Origin: Lama glama
Taxonomy: Eukaryota
NCBI GenBank assembly: GCA_028534125.1
Contig: CM052816.1
Span: forward strand, 25,422,001 to 25,486,000
Direction of reading: 5' to 3'
DNA length: 64,000 nt
This document shows, piece by piece, positions 40,822 to 53,368 of this stretch. The notes beneath the pieces are model-generated. The model searched no databases. It was given only the letters and a program-made list of their open reading frames with translations, and was not told the DNA's origin. Each line of letters starts with the position of its first letter. Position 1 is the stretch's first letter. The translations under genes were made by a program, and so were the position numbers.

Positions 40822-40925
40822 TTATATATATACATCATATATACATATATATATACACACACACATCTTTTTATATATATATATACACACACACACACAC
40901 AACACATATATATGTGTCCATATGT
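40822..40925. repeat. Compound (TA)n/(CA)n microsatellite
   Basis: Direct reading. Confidence 0.93.
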
Positions 40926-43900
40926 ATTTACGTATGTATTCAGAGAGTGAGCCCTGTGTCGTGTTTTACTCTCTATACTTCCGTATTATATTCAAGGAGG
41001 TGCAATATTTTCCAAGAAGGTAGTTTTCACTATTAATTTGAAATCTCTGTTTGCATTTCTCTTTGTCCTCTGGCTGCTGGTTGAAGCTTAATGTGTTATA
41101 TGATCAAGGAAATGTCACAAGGCATTGAGCTGTCCCGAGACAGTATGATTCACTGAGAGATCACTGAGATTAAAAAATATCCACAATGCTGAGATAGTTG
41201 TGTACATCACTGTTTTGATGTGATTTTTGACCATGTCAAAGGCACCTACATTCAGTGGGGAAGAAATGGATTATTTATCCCATTTTCCATTGTTACTTCA
41301 TTTCAACTCTATGTTTTCTTTAACATTACTCAACATCTTTTGTGCTGGCTGCAGAATCATCTGTTTTCTCAGTTTACTTGGGGGTTTTGACTCCATTCAA
41401 ACATTTGTTTTTAACTGGTAATTTGGTATAAAAGAAAATAAAACCAGTATTTTATGTGCAGACAAGGAAGGGTTAACATATTCTATAGCAAAAAAAAAAG
41501 AGAGCAATAGTAAAGGAAACTATTCAATAATTTTATTTCACAGACATTCCTAGATTGGTCCCTAACTGCTCTACAATGCGTAAGAAATGGGTAAGAAACA
41601 TGGTGTCGAATGGATAAGAAACATGATAATCCCTAAATGACAAAAGTTTAGAGTACAGTTAAAGAGATAAGATATCCTATATCTAATATCTCACTACATG
41701 ACCTTTGGAAGTAGTGGTAAATCTTTGCAAATATTGCAAAAAGGAATCTCGGGACATACTTGTTCCCCTTTTTTCTGAGTTGATCATCCCAGCCCTACCA
41801 ACAAAAACAAGACAAGGAATTGAGTCTCTTAGGCACTTAATTTAAACCAAACATTTGCTTTTGCCCACATTTTCTAAATACTTTAGATAAAACTTTTGCT
41901 CACCCAAGTCATTCAGGCCTCAGTGTTTTCTGCCTGCCAGGAGAGAAAGCCTCCCTTCCGAATACCACCCTAGCACATCAGAATCAGCAGCGCTGTCTGC
42001 TCCTGCCTCCTCTCCTTCAGGATGTCGAGCTGATGCTTTTGATGTCTTTCCTGATTAACATTGTTTCTGTGAGTGGTGGTGATGGGTTTGTACTGGACCA
42101 TCTGTACTCTGTTATAAGGCACCTTGAGAGGCCAAAGGCACTCTTGGCAAGATGACTATGGAAAGATTTGTGTGCATCCTGTGACCACAAAGCTGAGTAT
42201 TTCTCTTCCTTGTGTTAATTAGACCACAGTGAAATCACTGAAACCTGCTTTCTCTCTAATTGGTCCAGCTCCTCAAAGCTCGTATTCTAAAATACTGTTT
42301 TGCCCAGAAGGTGGCAAATGCAGATTTCTCAGTAGGCTAGTCCACGTGAGAGTCTGACAGATTGGAGATAATTGGTCTACCTAGTCCATAATAAGCCTAT
42401 TCCTAAACCAGTGCTTTTGTGGCTGGGGAGGTTAAATCAGAAATGTCATGTGATCAAGATCTCTTAGTTCTTTGAGGAATGTCTCAATTGTGGACGTATC
42501 TCCCACTGAAGAACTATACTATGTAAACTCTACAATAAGAGCAATTGTGTCCAGAAAGATACAAATACAACCCATTTAAGGATATTATATTGATCTTAGA
42601 TTACTGCAATTCATGAGACAGCGAAAAAGCAGCATTATTTTCTAAATGGAAAGTACAAATGGGTCTATACATAAGTTGACCAAAAGGGAACAAAACAAAA
42701 AATTTGTCTGGACTTTAGATGAATTTTTTTCTATAAGCAGAATAGCCAACAATGTTTTCCTGTCAAAGTTTCAAATTATATATAACCAATAATTATTTTT
42801 TTCAAACAAATAAAACTTGAAGGCCTATTATATCAATGGTTGATAGAGAATAATTTTGTGTTCTACACATGAAGAGTCTTATTTAAAATATTCTTATAGT
42901 TTACTCTGTTCATGTTCACTTCGGTTAGGAAATGAAAGTAAGCATATTATAGAAAATGCAAAAGCATAATACATCTATCTATGTGGGGATTACTTTGAAC
43001 TGATTATTTGTGCATTTTTGTTAATCATATACCAAGTATGAACAATATATTTTTCATTTCCTAATTTCTGTGTGCATACATTGCTGCCTATAGTTAAGCC
43101 AAGCTCCTCTGCAGATGGACCAACAGACTGTCACATTAGCACATTTTTGTGTATATTCAGGCTTGGTGGCTTAAGTAAAATAGGATGCTTACTCCACATA
43201 ACCTTTATTTACATACATGTCCCGTCAAATTTCTTATAAAAACTATCAATTATACCTGAGTTTAGTGGGCAGAAAACATTCTGTTTTCTAAAGATAAACA
43301 TACTGTTATTGCTAGGGGGCTACACATAGATATCTATTTTACATAAACTAAGAAATTCAAATTTCTATTAAACATAGATATACTATTTAATAGGCCACAT
43401 TTGATTTGATTAAACACATACAAGAATAATCCATCTATTTACAAGACCTGTCCAGAAACTATTGTTTTAATACAAAAGGTGACCTATTTGTTTTGCCAGA
43501 TAAAAGTCTATGTGTTGTGGGTCGATAATTAACCTCCTCAATGTATATCTTTCCCAAGTCAGTACCTTAAGCTGCTTATACTCGAAAGTAAATGAACTGC
43601 ATAGTGCAATAAATTGCTGTGACTAAAGCGTAGTGTCATGTGTTGCTCAGCCATAGTTTGCAAGAATCAGTGCAAATCTTTTATAAGAGGTACGCCAACA
43701 TGGAGATGTAGGTTAGTTTCACCTCTGTCTGAATCTGATGTCAGTGTGATAATTACCAGGCCCAGTCAATAATACCTCTCCTCAGTATAATTGCAAATCC
43801 AGTACAACCATGACCAGGACTAAATTGCTTCAGAACAATCAATAGGAATCTTCTGATTGTGTTCCTGGGTGTATGCATCAAATGTAAAGAGGAAAACTGT

Positions 43901-45339
43901 CCATTCAAGCAAAAGGTCGATTTTATAAATAAAAAATACTGCATAAAAGTCATGTTATGTTTATGTTCTTTCCTGGTAGAAGAGACTAAATATATTGGTT
44001 CATTGTCCATGGAAAGAAAGTGTGTAGCAAGGAGTTCATCATCAGGCAAACAGCAATCAAGAAAAGCAAGAATATTTTTGAGTGAGGGATACATCTGTGG
44101 TTGAGGATAAGCTAGCCAGTTCAGCAAACACCTTCCTTTTATTAAGAAAAACAGCTTTGAACTTAAAGATAAAATCCTTGTACTATTTGGTAAGCTTCAG
44201 TCATTAAAGGAGCTAGTTAACTAATGAGCCCCATATGATTCCAGTTACATTAGAAAATAAGATTAGAACTATTAATTTCCTATCAGAGGCATATAAGTAA
44301 TAAAAGTTACTTGGAAGGGTCGGTATCCCATCTACTGAGGCTAGTGTTCCTCAAGCTGAGGAACAGAATTTTCAAGTAGATGAGATTAGAATCATAGAGG
44401 TACAGAACTAAGCCAAAAGTGAAAACTTATGTTTAGTGATGATGAACTTAGGCAGTTATGTTGTCGCATATCTGGCCAAATAAGAGCAACTTTAGATCTA
44501 AGAAAATGGGAATGAGGTTCCAAAAGGTTGGTGACAATGATTCCACAATGAGACTAAGTAAAAGTGGAAGGGGAGTGGCCAGCAGAAAAGGGAAGAGAGA
44601 GACAGAAAAAGGTATGAGGACACACATGCAATTTGGGCATATAAGGAAATTTAGAACTAGATGTTTAGAGCTTTTATAATAATTGTCATAAGACATTCTG
44701 CTTCCTTTTGTTAAGATCTCCTTTGATCTTTTCAAAGAACTTGGAGAATAGTTGCTAAATCACATTTGCCCAACTCTTCTGGAGTGGGAGATTTGAGTTG
44801 CTTAAAACAATATGCCATGGGAAGCGTACACGGAAACTTACGTACACCAGGTACAAGGGTAGAGGCAATGATTTCATAGGAACCTGGGCCAGACCTGCCT
44901 GCTGAATTTGGAGGGTCTCCGGGGACATGGACGGCTGCGGTGCACTCAGGGGACATAAAAGCTGGTGGTGGACATTCTGGGAGTTAATCTACTTGAGCTT
45001 TCCTGGAGGCAGACATCTTGCTTGGATCTTTAGCGCCCAGACCTAGCCCCACCCAGCAGCCTGTAGGGAAGTCTCAGGCCAAACAACCTACAGGGTGGAA
45101 ACACAGCCACACCCATCATCAGACTTTCTAAGCCTCAAAGGCCTCTAGACACAATCCTACCCCCAGGGGTCCAGGACCAAGCTTCACCTAGCAGTGGGCA
45201 GGCACTGGCTCCTCCTGCCAGGAAACCTACATAAACCTCTAGTCCAGCCTCATCCACCAGGGGCAGATATTGGAAAAAAGAAAACAATAATCCCAAAGTG
45301 TGTGGAAGGAATTCACAATCACATAGAAAGATAGACAAT

Positions 45340-46227
45340 ATGAGGTGGCAAAAGAATATCTCCCAGGCCAAGGCACAAGATAAAATCCCAGAAGAAGAAA
45401 TAAGTGATGAGGAGATAGGCAACTTATCAGAAAGAATTTAAAGTAATTATGTCCAGGATGTTCAGAGAACTCAAGAGGAGTATAGATGCACAGAGCAAAG
45501 TTTTTAGCAAAGAGTTGGAAAATATAAAGAGTATCCAGAGTTGAAGAATAAAATCACTGAAATGAACAATACACTAGAAGGAAACAAGAAAAGACTAAAT
45601 GAGGCAGAAGAATGGATCAGTGAACTAGAAAACAGATTAGTGGAAATCACTACTTCAGAACAGGAAAATGAAAAAAGAATGAAAAGAAATGAGAATAGTT
45701 TAGGAGAACTCTGGGACAACATGAAGCGCTCTAATATTCGCATTATAGGGGTCCCAGAAAGAGGGAAGAGAGAGACAAAGGACCTGAGAAAATTTTTGGA
45801 GAGAGAATCACTGAAAACTTCCCCAACTTGGGAAAGGGAACAGTCACCCAAGTCCAGGAAGCACAGAGAGTACCACACAGGATCAACCCAAAGAGGAACA
45901 CACCAAGGCACACAGTCATCAGATTGACAACAATTAAGGATAAGGAGAAAAGATTAAAATTAGCAAGAGAAAAGCAACAAATAACATACAAGGGAACTCC
46001 CATAAGGTTATCAGCTGATTTTTCAGCAGGAATTCTACAGGCCAGAAGGAGTGGCATGATATATTTAAAGCGATGAAAGGGGGAAACTTACAACCAAGAA
46101 TACTTTATCCAGCAAGGCTCTCATTCAGGCTTGATGGAGAAATCAAATTTTCACAGATAAACAAAAACTAAAAGATTTCAGCACCACCAACGCAGCTTTA
46201 CAACAAACGTTAAAGGACGTTCTCTAG
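45340..46227 (+). pseudogene. L1 ORF1p (RNA-binding/chaperone), frameshifted
   Basis: ATG 45340 (MRWQKNISQAKAQDKIPEEE); coiled-coil ...EAEEWISELENR; KRSNIRIIGVPE; TPRHTVIRL; YKGTPIRLSADFS; stop TAG at 46225-46227. Confidence 0.92.
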
Positions 46228-46289
46228 TCATCAAACCATAAGGAAAAAGAACAAAAAGAAGACAGAAAAAAAAAAAAAAAGGCCTACAA

Positions 46290-46572
46290 AAGATTGCTTT
46301 GGCTGTTCAGGGTCTTTTGTGGTTCCTTGTAAATAATTCTGGAATTGTTTGTTTTAGTTCTGTGAGGAATGTCGTGAGTATTTTGACAGGAGTTGCATTG
46401 GATCTGTGGATTGCTTTGGGTAGTGTGACCATTTTGATTGTGTTGATTCTTCTAATCCAAGAGCACAAGAAATCTTTCCATTTCTTTGTGTCACTTCAGT
46501 TTTCAGAGTATAGGTAACCTCCTTGGTTAAGTTTATTTCTAGGTATTTTATTGTTTTTGATATAATGGAAAT
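46290..46572 (-). mobile_element. Antisense L1 ORF2 mid-fragment inside the chimera
   Basis: Homologous to 14595-14890 (agattgctttggctgttcagggtcttttgtggttcc...tttatttctaggtattttatt). Confidence 0.88.
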
Positions 46573-46619
46573 GTCTCTGCCAGTTATAAAATTCTGGTTT
46601 TTGAAGTGAAAAAGTGAAG

Positions 46620-46836
46620 GGCCACAAATGGCAAAATATCCTTTTTTGTGGGTGGGTTGTATTCCATTTTATATATATATATATTAAATGTGTGTATATA
46701 TATATTCATATATATGTATATGTATATATACATAATGCATCTTCATTCTCTGTTCAACTATTGATGTGCACTTAGGATGCTTCCGTATCTTGGCAATTAT
46801 GTTGCTGTTAATAGCAGGGTGTATGTATCTTTTTGA
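46620..46836 (-). mobile_element. Antisense L1 ORF2 C-terminal fragment with (TA)n inside the chimera
   Basis: Homologous to 62475-62645 (caaatggcaaaat...cacttaggatgcttccgtatcttggcaatt...tgtatctttttgaa). Confidence 0.82.
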
Positions 46837-46959
46837 AAATTCTTATTTGGTGGTTGGCTTTATTCCTTTGGTAACTATGTAAGTTCAAAACAGTAAAGCT
46901 CTAAACATTCTTAGAAACAATGAACAGTACATATATGTAAATTTAAAAATATATGTGCA

Positions 46960-47510
46960 GTGAAAAAAAAGATCTATCAAGACATGGAAGAAACTTAAAA
47001 GACTTATTAGTAAGTGAAAGAAGCCAGTCTGAAAAGGCTACAAACTGTACGATTCCAACCAAATGACATTCTGCGAAAGACACAGCTACAGAAACAATAA
47101 AAAGATCATGGTTTCTACGGGCTTGGGGAGAAGGAGGGAGGGAGGAATGAATAGATGGAGCACAGGGGATTTTTAGGGCAATGAAATTACTCTGTATGAT
47201 ACTATAGTGGTGGCTACATGTCATTACGCATTTGTCAAAACCCATAGAATGTACAACATCAAGAGTGAACCCTAATGTAAACTATGGACTGGTTGATAAT
47301 AATGTGCCCGTGTTGGTTCAGTTGTACCAAATATGCCACACTGTTGAGGTATGTTGAGGGTAGGGGAGTATATATGTGTGGGTGGGGAGGTCTATACGCA
47401 AACTCTGTATTTTCTGCTCAATTCTGTTGTGAACCTGAAACTGCTCTAAAAGAATAAAGTCTATTAAAAAACAAAACAAAACAAAAACAAAACAAGAAAC
47501 AAACAAACAA
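46960..47510 (+). mobile_element. L1MC1-like 3' end with A/(AAAC)n tail
   Basis: taagtgaaagaagccagtctgaaaaggctac...catttgtcaaaacccatagaatgtacaaca..aagagtgaaccctaatgtaaactatggact...aataaagtctatt. Confidence 0.88.
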
Positions 47511-47529
47511 AAAACAGTATGCCATGATG

Positions 47530-47915
47530 CACCCTGTTCCACTGTCCTTGGTGACTTTCCATTAGCTAGTGAGAAGTTTCAAACTTCTCATTATCCCATT
47601 CTAGGCCTCTCATCATCCATTCTTAATCGGCCTTTCCAGGACGGCCTTTCAATCTTCTCTCCAGGACACCACTCATCTATAATGTGCGTTAGGGTCCCAA
47701 GAGTTCCCGGCAACTCTTCACAACATCCTACACGTGCGTCGCTTTTCACCATGACTTGCTTCTTCTGTAATTAGAATGTTCTTCCCTCATCCCTGCCCAC
47801 TGGCATCCTACCCATTCTTTCAGTCCCAGGGCAGTGTCAGCCACCTTTCCTGATTCTTCTAGATTGTCCACCATCTCTCCTTCAGTGCTCCCACTGCACT
47901 CTACACAGCCTTGTA
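47530..47915 (+). mobile_element. L2 fragment
   Basis: ctttccattagctagtgagaagtttcaaacttctc...tagaatgttcttccc...cctacccattctttcagtcccag. Confidence 0.6.
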
Positions 47916-48659
47916 TTGAGTAAGGATGGAATGAGAGAGGTATCAACAAAGGCTAATCACCACCGAGAGGAATTACACTAATAATATGCTACTACTAATT
48001 AAAAAATATAAAAGTTGCCTAAAATATTGGTTGCATAATGAAGTTGAATTATATACAATTTAGAAGTAACCACACTGAGAGCTGGCCCTACCCTCCAGTG
48101 GGGCCCTTAGGAAACTGAGGGAAAACGGAGACTCCTAATTCCAAAAGTTCTCAAAATGGAGAAAGCTATTTTTGATATAAAATCACTACTTTATATCACT
48201 TCTTAAAATGTTACTGACATACCGCATATAAGACACAATGAACTAAAAGTGTGTAAAATTGCTCATTAGCCTACACTGACAACTCTACTCTCACTGTAAA
48301 ATATACCAAATCTGAGGTCTCTTTGCTTGACTAAATATTTTTAGGAAGTGCTAAATGAAGAGAGAAAGAGAAATTAATTTAAATACTGTAGTAATTTCCA
48401 AAGAGTCCAAAGGAACACCTGTCTTAAGAGAGAACGTCTTATATATATCACCTTGTCTAAGCTCCTTTTCACCACCCCACCCCCACCAGCAAACAGGAAT
48501 TCTATAGTTGGCATTTCTGCATTAAGGTACAAATGAAAATGCTGCAGTCAAAACACCCTAAAAGGCTGTTAAATAGCTGATAATTTCATCAAGTCAAAAA
48601 TGAATGTCAGTGTATTAGAGGCATAATGCTATAAACATTCTCAATTACCTTGCTTAACC

Positions 48660-48850
48660 CTTGTAGGAAGCTAAATCGTTCTCAGCGAGGCCGTGGACAA
48701 TGGAGCACAATAGCCACCCTCCAGCCCCTCCCTCACTCCACCTGGGCGGCCGCTGTAAGGGGACTGCGTGGACCGTTGCCCACGTCAGCTTTAAATTGCC
48801 CAAGCAATTGTTTCCTGTAGATTAATTTGTAATTCTAAATTTCCAGGCAA
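48660..48850. promoter_or_regulatory. Candidate enhancer
   Basis: Local CpG cluster including GCGGCCGC (48746-48753); ACAATGG and ACAATAG 10 bp apart; CACGTCA at 48781-48787. Confidence 0.4.
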
Positions 48851-49182
48851 ATGAAATGTGAGCCTGTCCCTCCCTCAGGCCATTTACAGAGCCATAGCTT
48901 CCCTGTAATCTGAGGCTGAGTGCTAACACGGGAAACAGGAGAGAGGGGGCTAGGCCAGGGATGTGGGAGAAGGGGAGGATGGGGGTGGGGTGGGGGAACC
49001 ATGGACATAGTTCAGGAGAAAAGAGAGCAGGTAGAGAAAGCAGGTGAGATGGGGGAGAGAGTGCAGAAACCAGTCCTGGGATCTTCATCCCTCACCCTGT
49101 CATCCTCAACAGTATTTCTTGTATCCATACACAATTGGCAATTTTATGCAACAACATTGTCCGTGCATGTTTATGCCTCATA

Positions 49183-49183
<1 letters not shown>

Positions 49184-49221
<38 letters not shown>
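49184..49221. repeat. (CA)n microsatellite
   Basis: Direct reading. Confidence 0.97.
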
Positions 49222-49223
<2 letters not shown>

Positions 49224-49595
49224 TTGTAAATGAACAAACAAAATAGTTTTGAAGCAGGATTTTTGCAATACTGTGAGACACATGTCTAAAATATTCACAA
49301 TGGAGGGAACTGTAGTCACTGGTTTCCTAATGAGCTAGTTAGTCCTCTCCCCTCATTCTAGCCTCCATCCAGGACTGCCACTTTGCTTTGAGGTCAAATT
49401 ACGTATCACATTGTGGAACAGTTTGAGTCCCTGAGAGGAAGTGCATTCTCAAAGGGCAGAGCATTAAGTCATTCCTCCAAGGCAGTGGTTTCACTCAGTC
49501 AGTCAACATTTGTTGAACAAGCACTTCTCTTTGGAAACAACATAAGACCATGTATTTCTTTAACATGATACTTGCCCAAAGCCCACAGTTTACTG

Positions 49596-49700
49596 CAGTG
49601 GTGCTTAACCTTTCTCTGGGACATGGACCCCTTTGGGAATCTGATTTTGTAAAAATATGAAGCCTCTTGCAGAAGGCACATAAACTTAGCTACCAAACTG
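49596..49700. mobile_element. hAT-Charlie MITE fragment
   Basis: cagtggtgcttaacctt...catggacccctttgggaatctgat. Confidence 0.55.
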
Positions 49701-52700
49701 CATTCGTCCTTACTTTCCTCCACCAAGGCAAAATAGGAAAGCAATCTTTATGCACATTTGTATTTTCCGTGGCCCACCTTTCATTTTTCATGCAAATATT
49801 TATGGCTGCTTCCTAAATATAATTTAAATCAGTCTAAAACATGCTGAATCACGCCAATTCAAATTTTATTCAAAAGTACATTTCAATAAGAAGTCAGCCA
49901 AAGTTTGCCTTTAAGCTGGCATTGAAAATGTGGAATGGTCTTTTACGTGGTCAGGTGCAGGCCACTTTTGAGCCACTGACTTCAGCGCTTTGTTTTGAAG
50001 GCAAGTCTTAAAAACCGTGACTCGCGATATGTAGATGCTAGAAAACAGAAACAGAGGTTCCAGAGCTCTGTTTGCCAGACAAAGGGAAACTTATATTAAT
50101 AAGAATTCTAGTATGTTCCATGTTGCATTATTTCCCTCATCTGCTTAGTAGATAAGACTAGTTTTGGCAAGCTCTGAATCACCAATCTTGCCCATGTAAC
50201 AACATCATTATTGTTATAGGGAAAACAGGGTAAAAGATCTCTGAGGTCACAGAGTATATCTGAACTGTTTTCCGCTGGACCTCTTACCATGCCCATAGCA
50301 GAGGCAGTGTGTCACAAGGGCCCCAAAGGATTAGCACTTCATATGCAGACAAATAACAAGGCACTCTAGCTGCACACAGATTCTTCTGTTGGAAGTTTCA
50401 TGTGACCAGGCATCAAGCACAGTACCTAGATCACAGGAGGCATTCAGTTGATAGATGCTGAAAACATTTTTAAGGCAGAATAGGATTCCAGTTGTTAGAG
50501 CATACCCATATGTTGTTTAGTTTCTAATTTTAAGTAATTTGTTGGGCATTAAGCTACCAGGGAAGTAAAAATGGATGTCACACTTTGAGACAGAAATTAT
50601 AAAAATTTTGGAAATTCTGTACACTCCACCGTAGATGACTGAACAGTTGAGATATTTAAAAGTTTGCAGAACATGAGGGGCTATGAAAATAGCTGCCCAG
50701 TTTTCAAAGCTCACTGACTCAGCAAAATTTCTTTTTTGCCTGGAAAATGTTAATTGATCCCATACACACCTATTTCCCAGGTCTCTTCCTGCCTGCCTCG
50801 CCCCTGCCATGCACATGTAAATATCTTCTGAATTGGCCTTTTCTTTTTTTTTCTTCTTTTTGTCTGAGTTAGCCTTTTAAAATCATACATCATAGAAGCT
50901 TGCTCAGCTCGGAACACTGTTTTCCTTTCTTTTCAGTATTCAGAGAGACTAGTGAAAACATAAGTAACATTTTTCCCTGAACAATGAACCGTATTTCTAC
51001 AAAGACATGGATGGTGCCAGACCCTGGGATGACAGCCTTTAATAGACAGCCTGCACTTGCATGGGCCAGGCTGAAATGATGATGACTCTAGACTCCTAAT
51101 CTAGGAAAGTATCTTAGGAATATTTCAATTATACCAGGAAACATCTGATAGATACATGTACACATGATCATGAATTCCAAACTGGGACTGGAAGTCCCAG
51201 GAAAATATAAGTCCTATTGTAAGATGACCTACTTAATTGGATGTAGCCCTCTGCTTGATCCTCTTCAGTTTCAGATGTAGCTGATTGAGTAGTGTTCTTC
51301 TGTGATTGCCAAAAATAGTCCCCAAAATTACTGTTAGGATACGTGTGTTTGACTTAGGCCGTCATCTTTCCGCAAAAAGTACCCTTACTGAGCAGTCTCC
51401 TTGTGCCAGGCCAAGGCATACGTGCCAGGTGCCCTCAGGAGAGGTGCAATCTCTTGTCCAATAGGCTGAAGCCAAGTAGTAAAATAGCAAACCAGACCGC
51501 AGTAGGGAAAGGCCTGATGCTTGGCTGAAGAAGGCTTATCACTGAAACTCCCCAAAGTTGGACCTTGCCTGAATTTCCCAGGATGTTAAATATTATAATC
51601 TTAATTTCATCTAAAATATCAAAAATATTTTCTTGTTCACTGAGAGAGCGTGGCAGGTAATTTTTAACATGTCTCCAAAAAAGAATAAAGTGAAATGATG
51701 CCGAGATACTTCTAGAAGACTATGGGGACAGCGCTCCGTTCTGTTCTGATATTTCTTTTGTAACCAACTCTGTACTATGTTAGTGATTTGCATGTAACAG
51801 CCCCCTGGCACAAATTAAGTGGAACAAGGTCCCACTGCAGCTAATAAACTCTCTGTAACAATTCCCTCAACTTTGCCTGGTCACAGTGCTCAGCAGGATC
51901 ACCATATGTGGAATTGGATTGCAAGATAAAAATAGTGCTGTTTTGTGCTTCCAGACCCGTACAACTCTATATTGTCTCTTTGGAAATACATTTTGTTTAA
52001 TGGCCAGTGATTATCTCCTCTCTGGCTTGCTGTAATACCAGTTTTGGTGGTGATGGTGTTTTTTTTTTTTTTAATCACTAGTGTTATCTGTACTTTGGAA
52101 GAAGAACTACAATTAAACATATTTTGAGCAGAAGAGGGAAAGGCAGCAGGGCTCTTTTGGCGTCAGTTCACAAAGCCTATCATTCCAAAATGTTTCTGGG
52201 TTTAAGCTGATACCGTCAACCAATGTCAGCACAGCTGAGGTGACTGTGCTAATTAACTGTCCTGCCGAACCAGCTGAGAAAGCTTGTATAAACTCCATGG
52301 GAATATGAGATGTTAAAACGAAATTCTATCCCATGGAGCTAGTGATCGAACCCAAATATAGAATCAAAACACAAAACAGTTGCCCTTAACCCTCAGGTGA
52401 TAACATCATCAGCTCACAATGTTAGAGAGTTAGCAGAGATGAATATAAGGCTGGTATGACAGAATAAAAATTAATCACATGTAAAGAGCTCAAGGCATCC
52501 TCCCTTCTCCTGTTTGCAACAAAGCACTTGAGAATAGCCAGCCAGCATAGCATCTCCAAAGACAGAAAGCACTCCTCTTCCAGAGTCCATTCTCAAGAGA
52601 AAACCAGACCAACATAAGAAAGGCTATAGTCTCCAAAGGGCTGCTTGAGGCTGGAGGAGGGATGTTTGTCCTGGGAATGTGTTGAAATGGGAAGTGTCAT

Positions 52701-53190
52701 GTGGTCTAGACAATAAGGGTCAAAGTGTCAAGAGGGCATGTGTAACATGGCACATGGATAAGAAAGATTGTGCTTTGGCTTCGGAGGATGAGAGGCTACA
52801 GGGAGCTTCAGCATACTAAGGGGTAAGAGAGAAAGTTTTATAAAAGTTTCTGTGGACTATGTACCCCTACCACCACCAATAAAAAAAAAATCTGGGAGAA
52901 ATGGTGAAAGGGATATTTTTATTTTTTGAAGTTTTTTTTTAAAAAATTGTATATCAATCTACAGATGCTTCAGTTTAGATCAAGTATGTCATAAGTATTA
53001 GAGGAGAAACTAAGAGTCTTTTAAGCCATAACCCTTGTAAGGTCATCATTTGGGTTCAAGAATTCAGGAACGAGGGGAATGGTATAGGTCAGTGGTAGAG
53101 CACGTGCTTAGCATGCACAGGGTCCTGGATTCAATCCCCAGAACCTCTGTTAAAATAAAGAAATAAGCCAATTACCTTCCTCCCACTATG

Positions 53191-53274
53191 AAAGGCAGGC
53201 AGGCAGACAGGCAGGCAGGCAGACAGAAAGAGAGAAAGAGAGAAAGAAAGGAAGAAAAAGGAAGAAAGAAACAA

Positions 53275-53318
<44 letters not shown>

Positions 53319-53365
53319 AGAGGGGGAGAGGGAGGAAGGAAGGGAGGAAGGAAAAAGAAAGAAAA
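53191..53365. repeat. Compound (GGCA)n/(GAAA)n/(GGAA)n purine microsatellite
   Basis: Direct reading. Confidence 0.95.
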
Positions 53366-53368
53366 TAG

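Larger units (their letters stand above)
44820..47510 (+). mobile_element. Chimeric ORF1-only L1 derivative (HAL1-like) bounded by a 16-bp TSD
   Basis: TSD aaaacaatatgccatg (44804-44819) / aaaacagtatgccatg (47511-47526), preceded by TT; L1 5'UTR and ORF1, antisense L1 pieces, L1MC1-like end, AATAAA at 47453-47458, A-rich tail. Confidence 0.8.

Noticed and set aside
52113..52310. Frames open on both strands
   Set aside because: No recognisable homology or paired splice sites; more likely non-coding.
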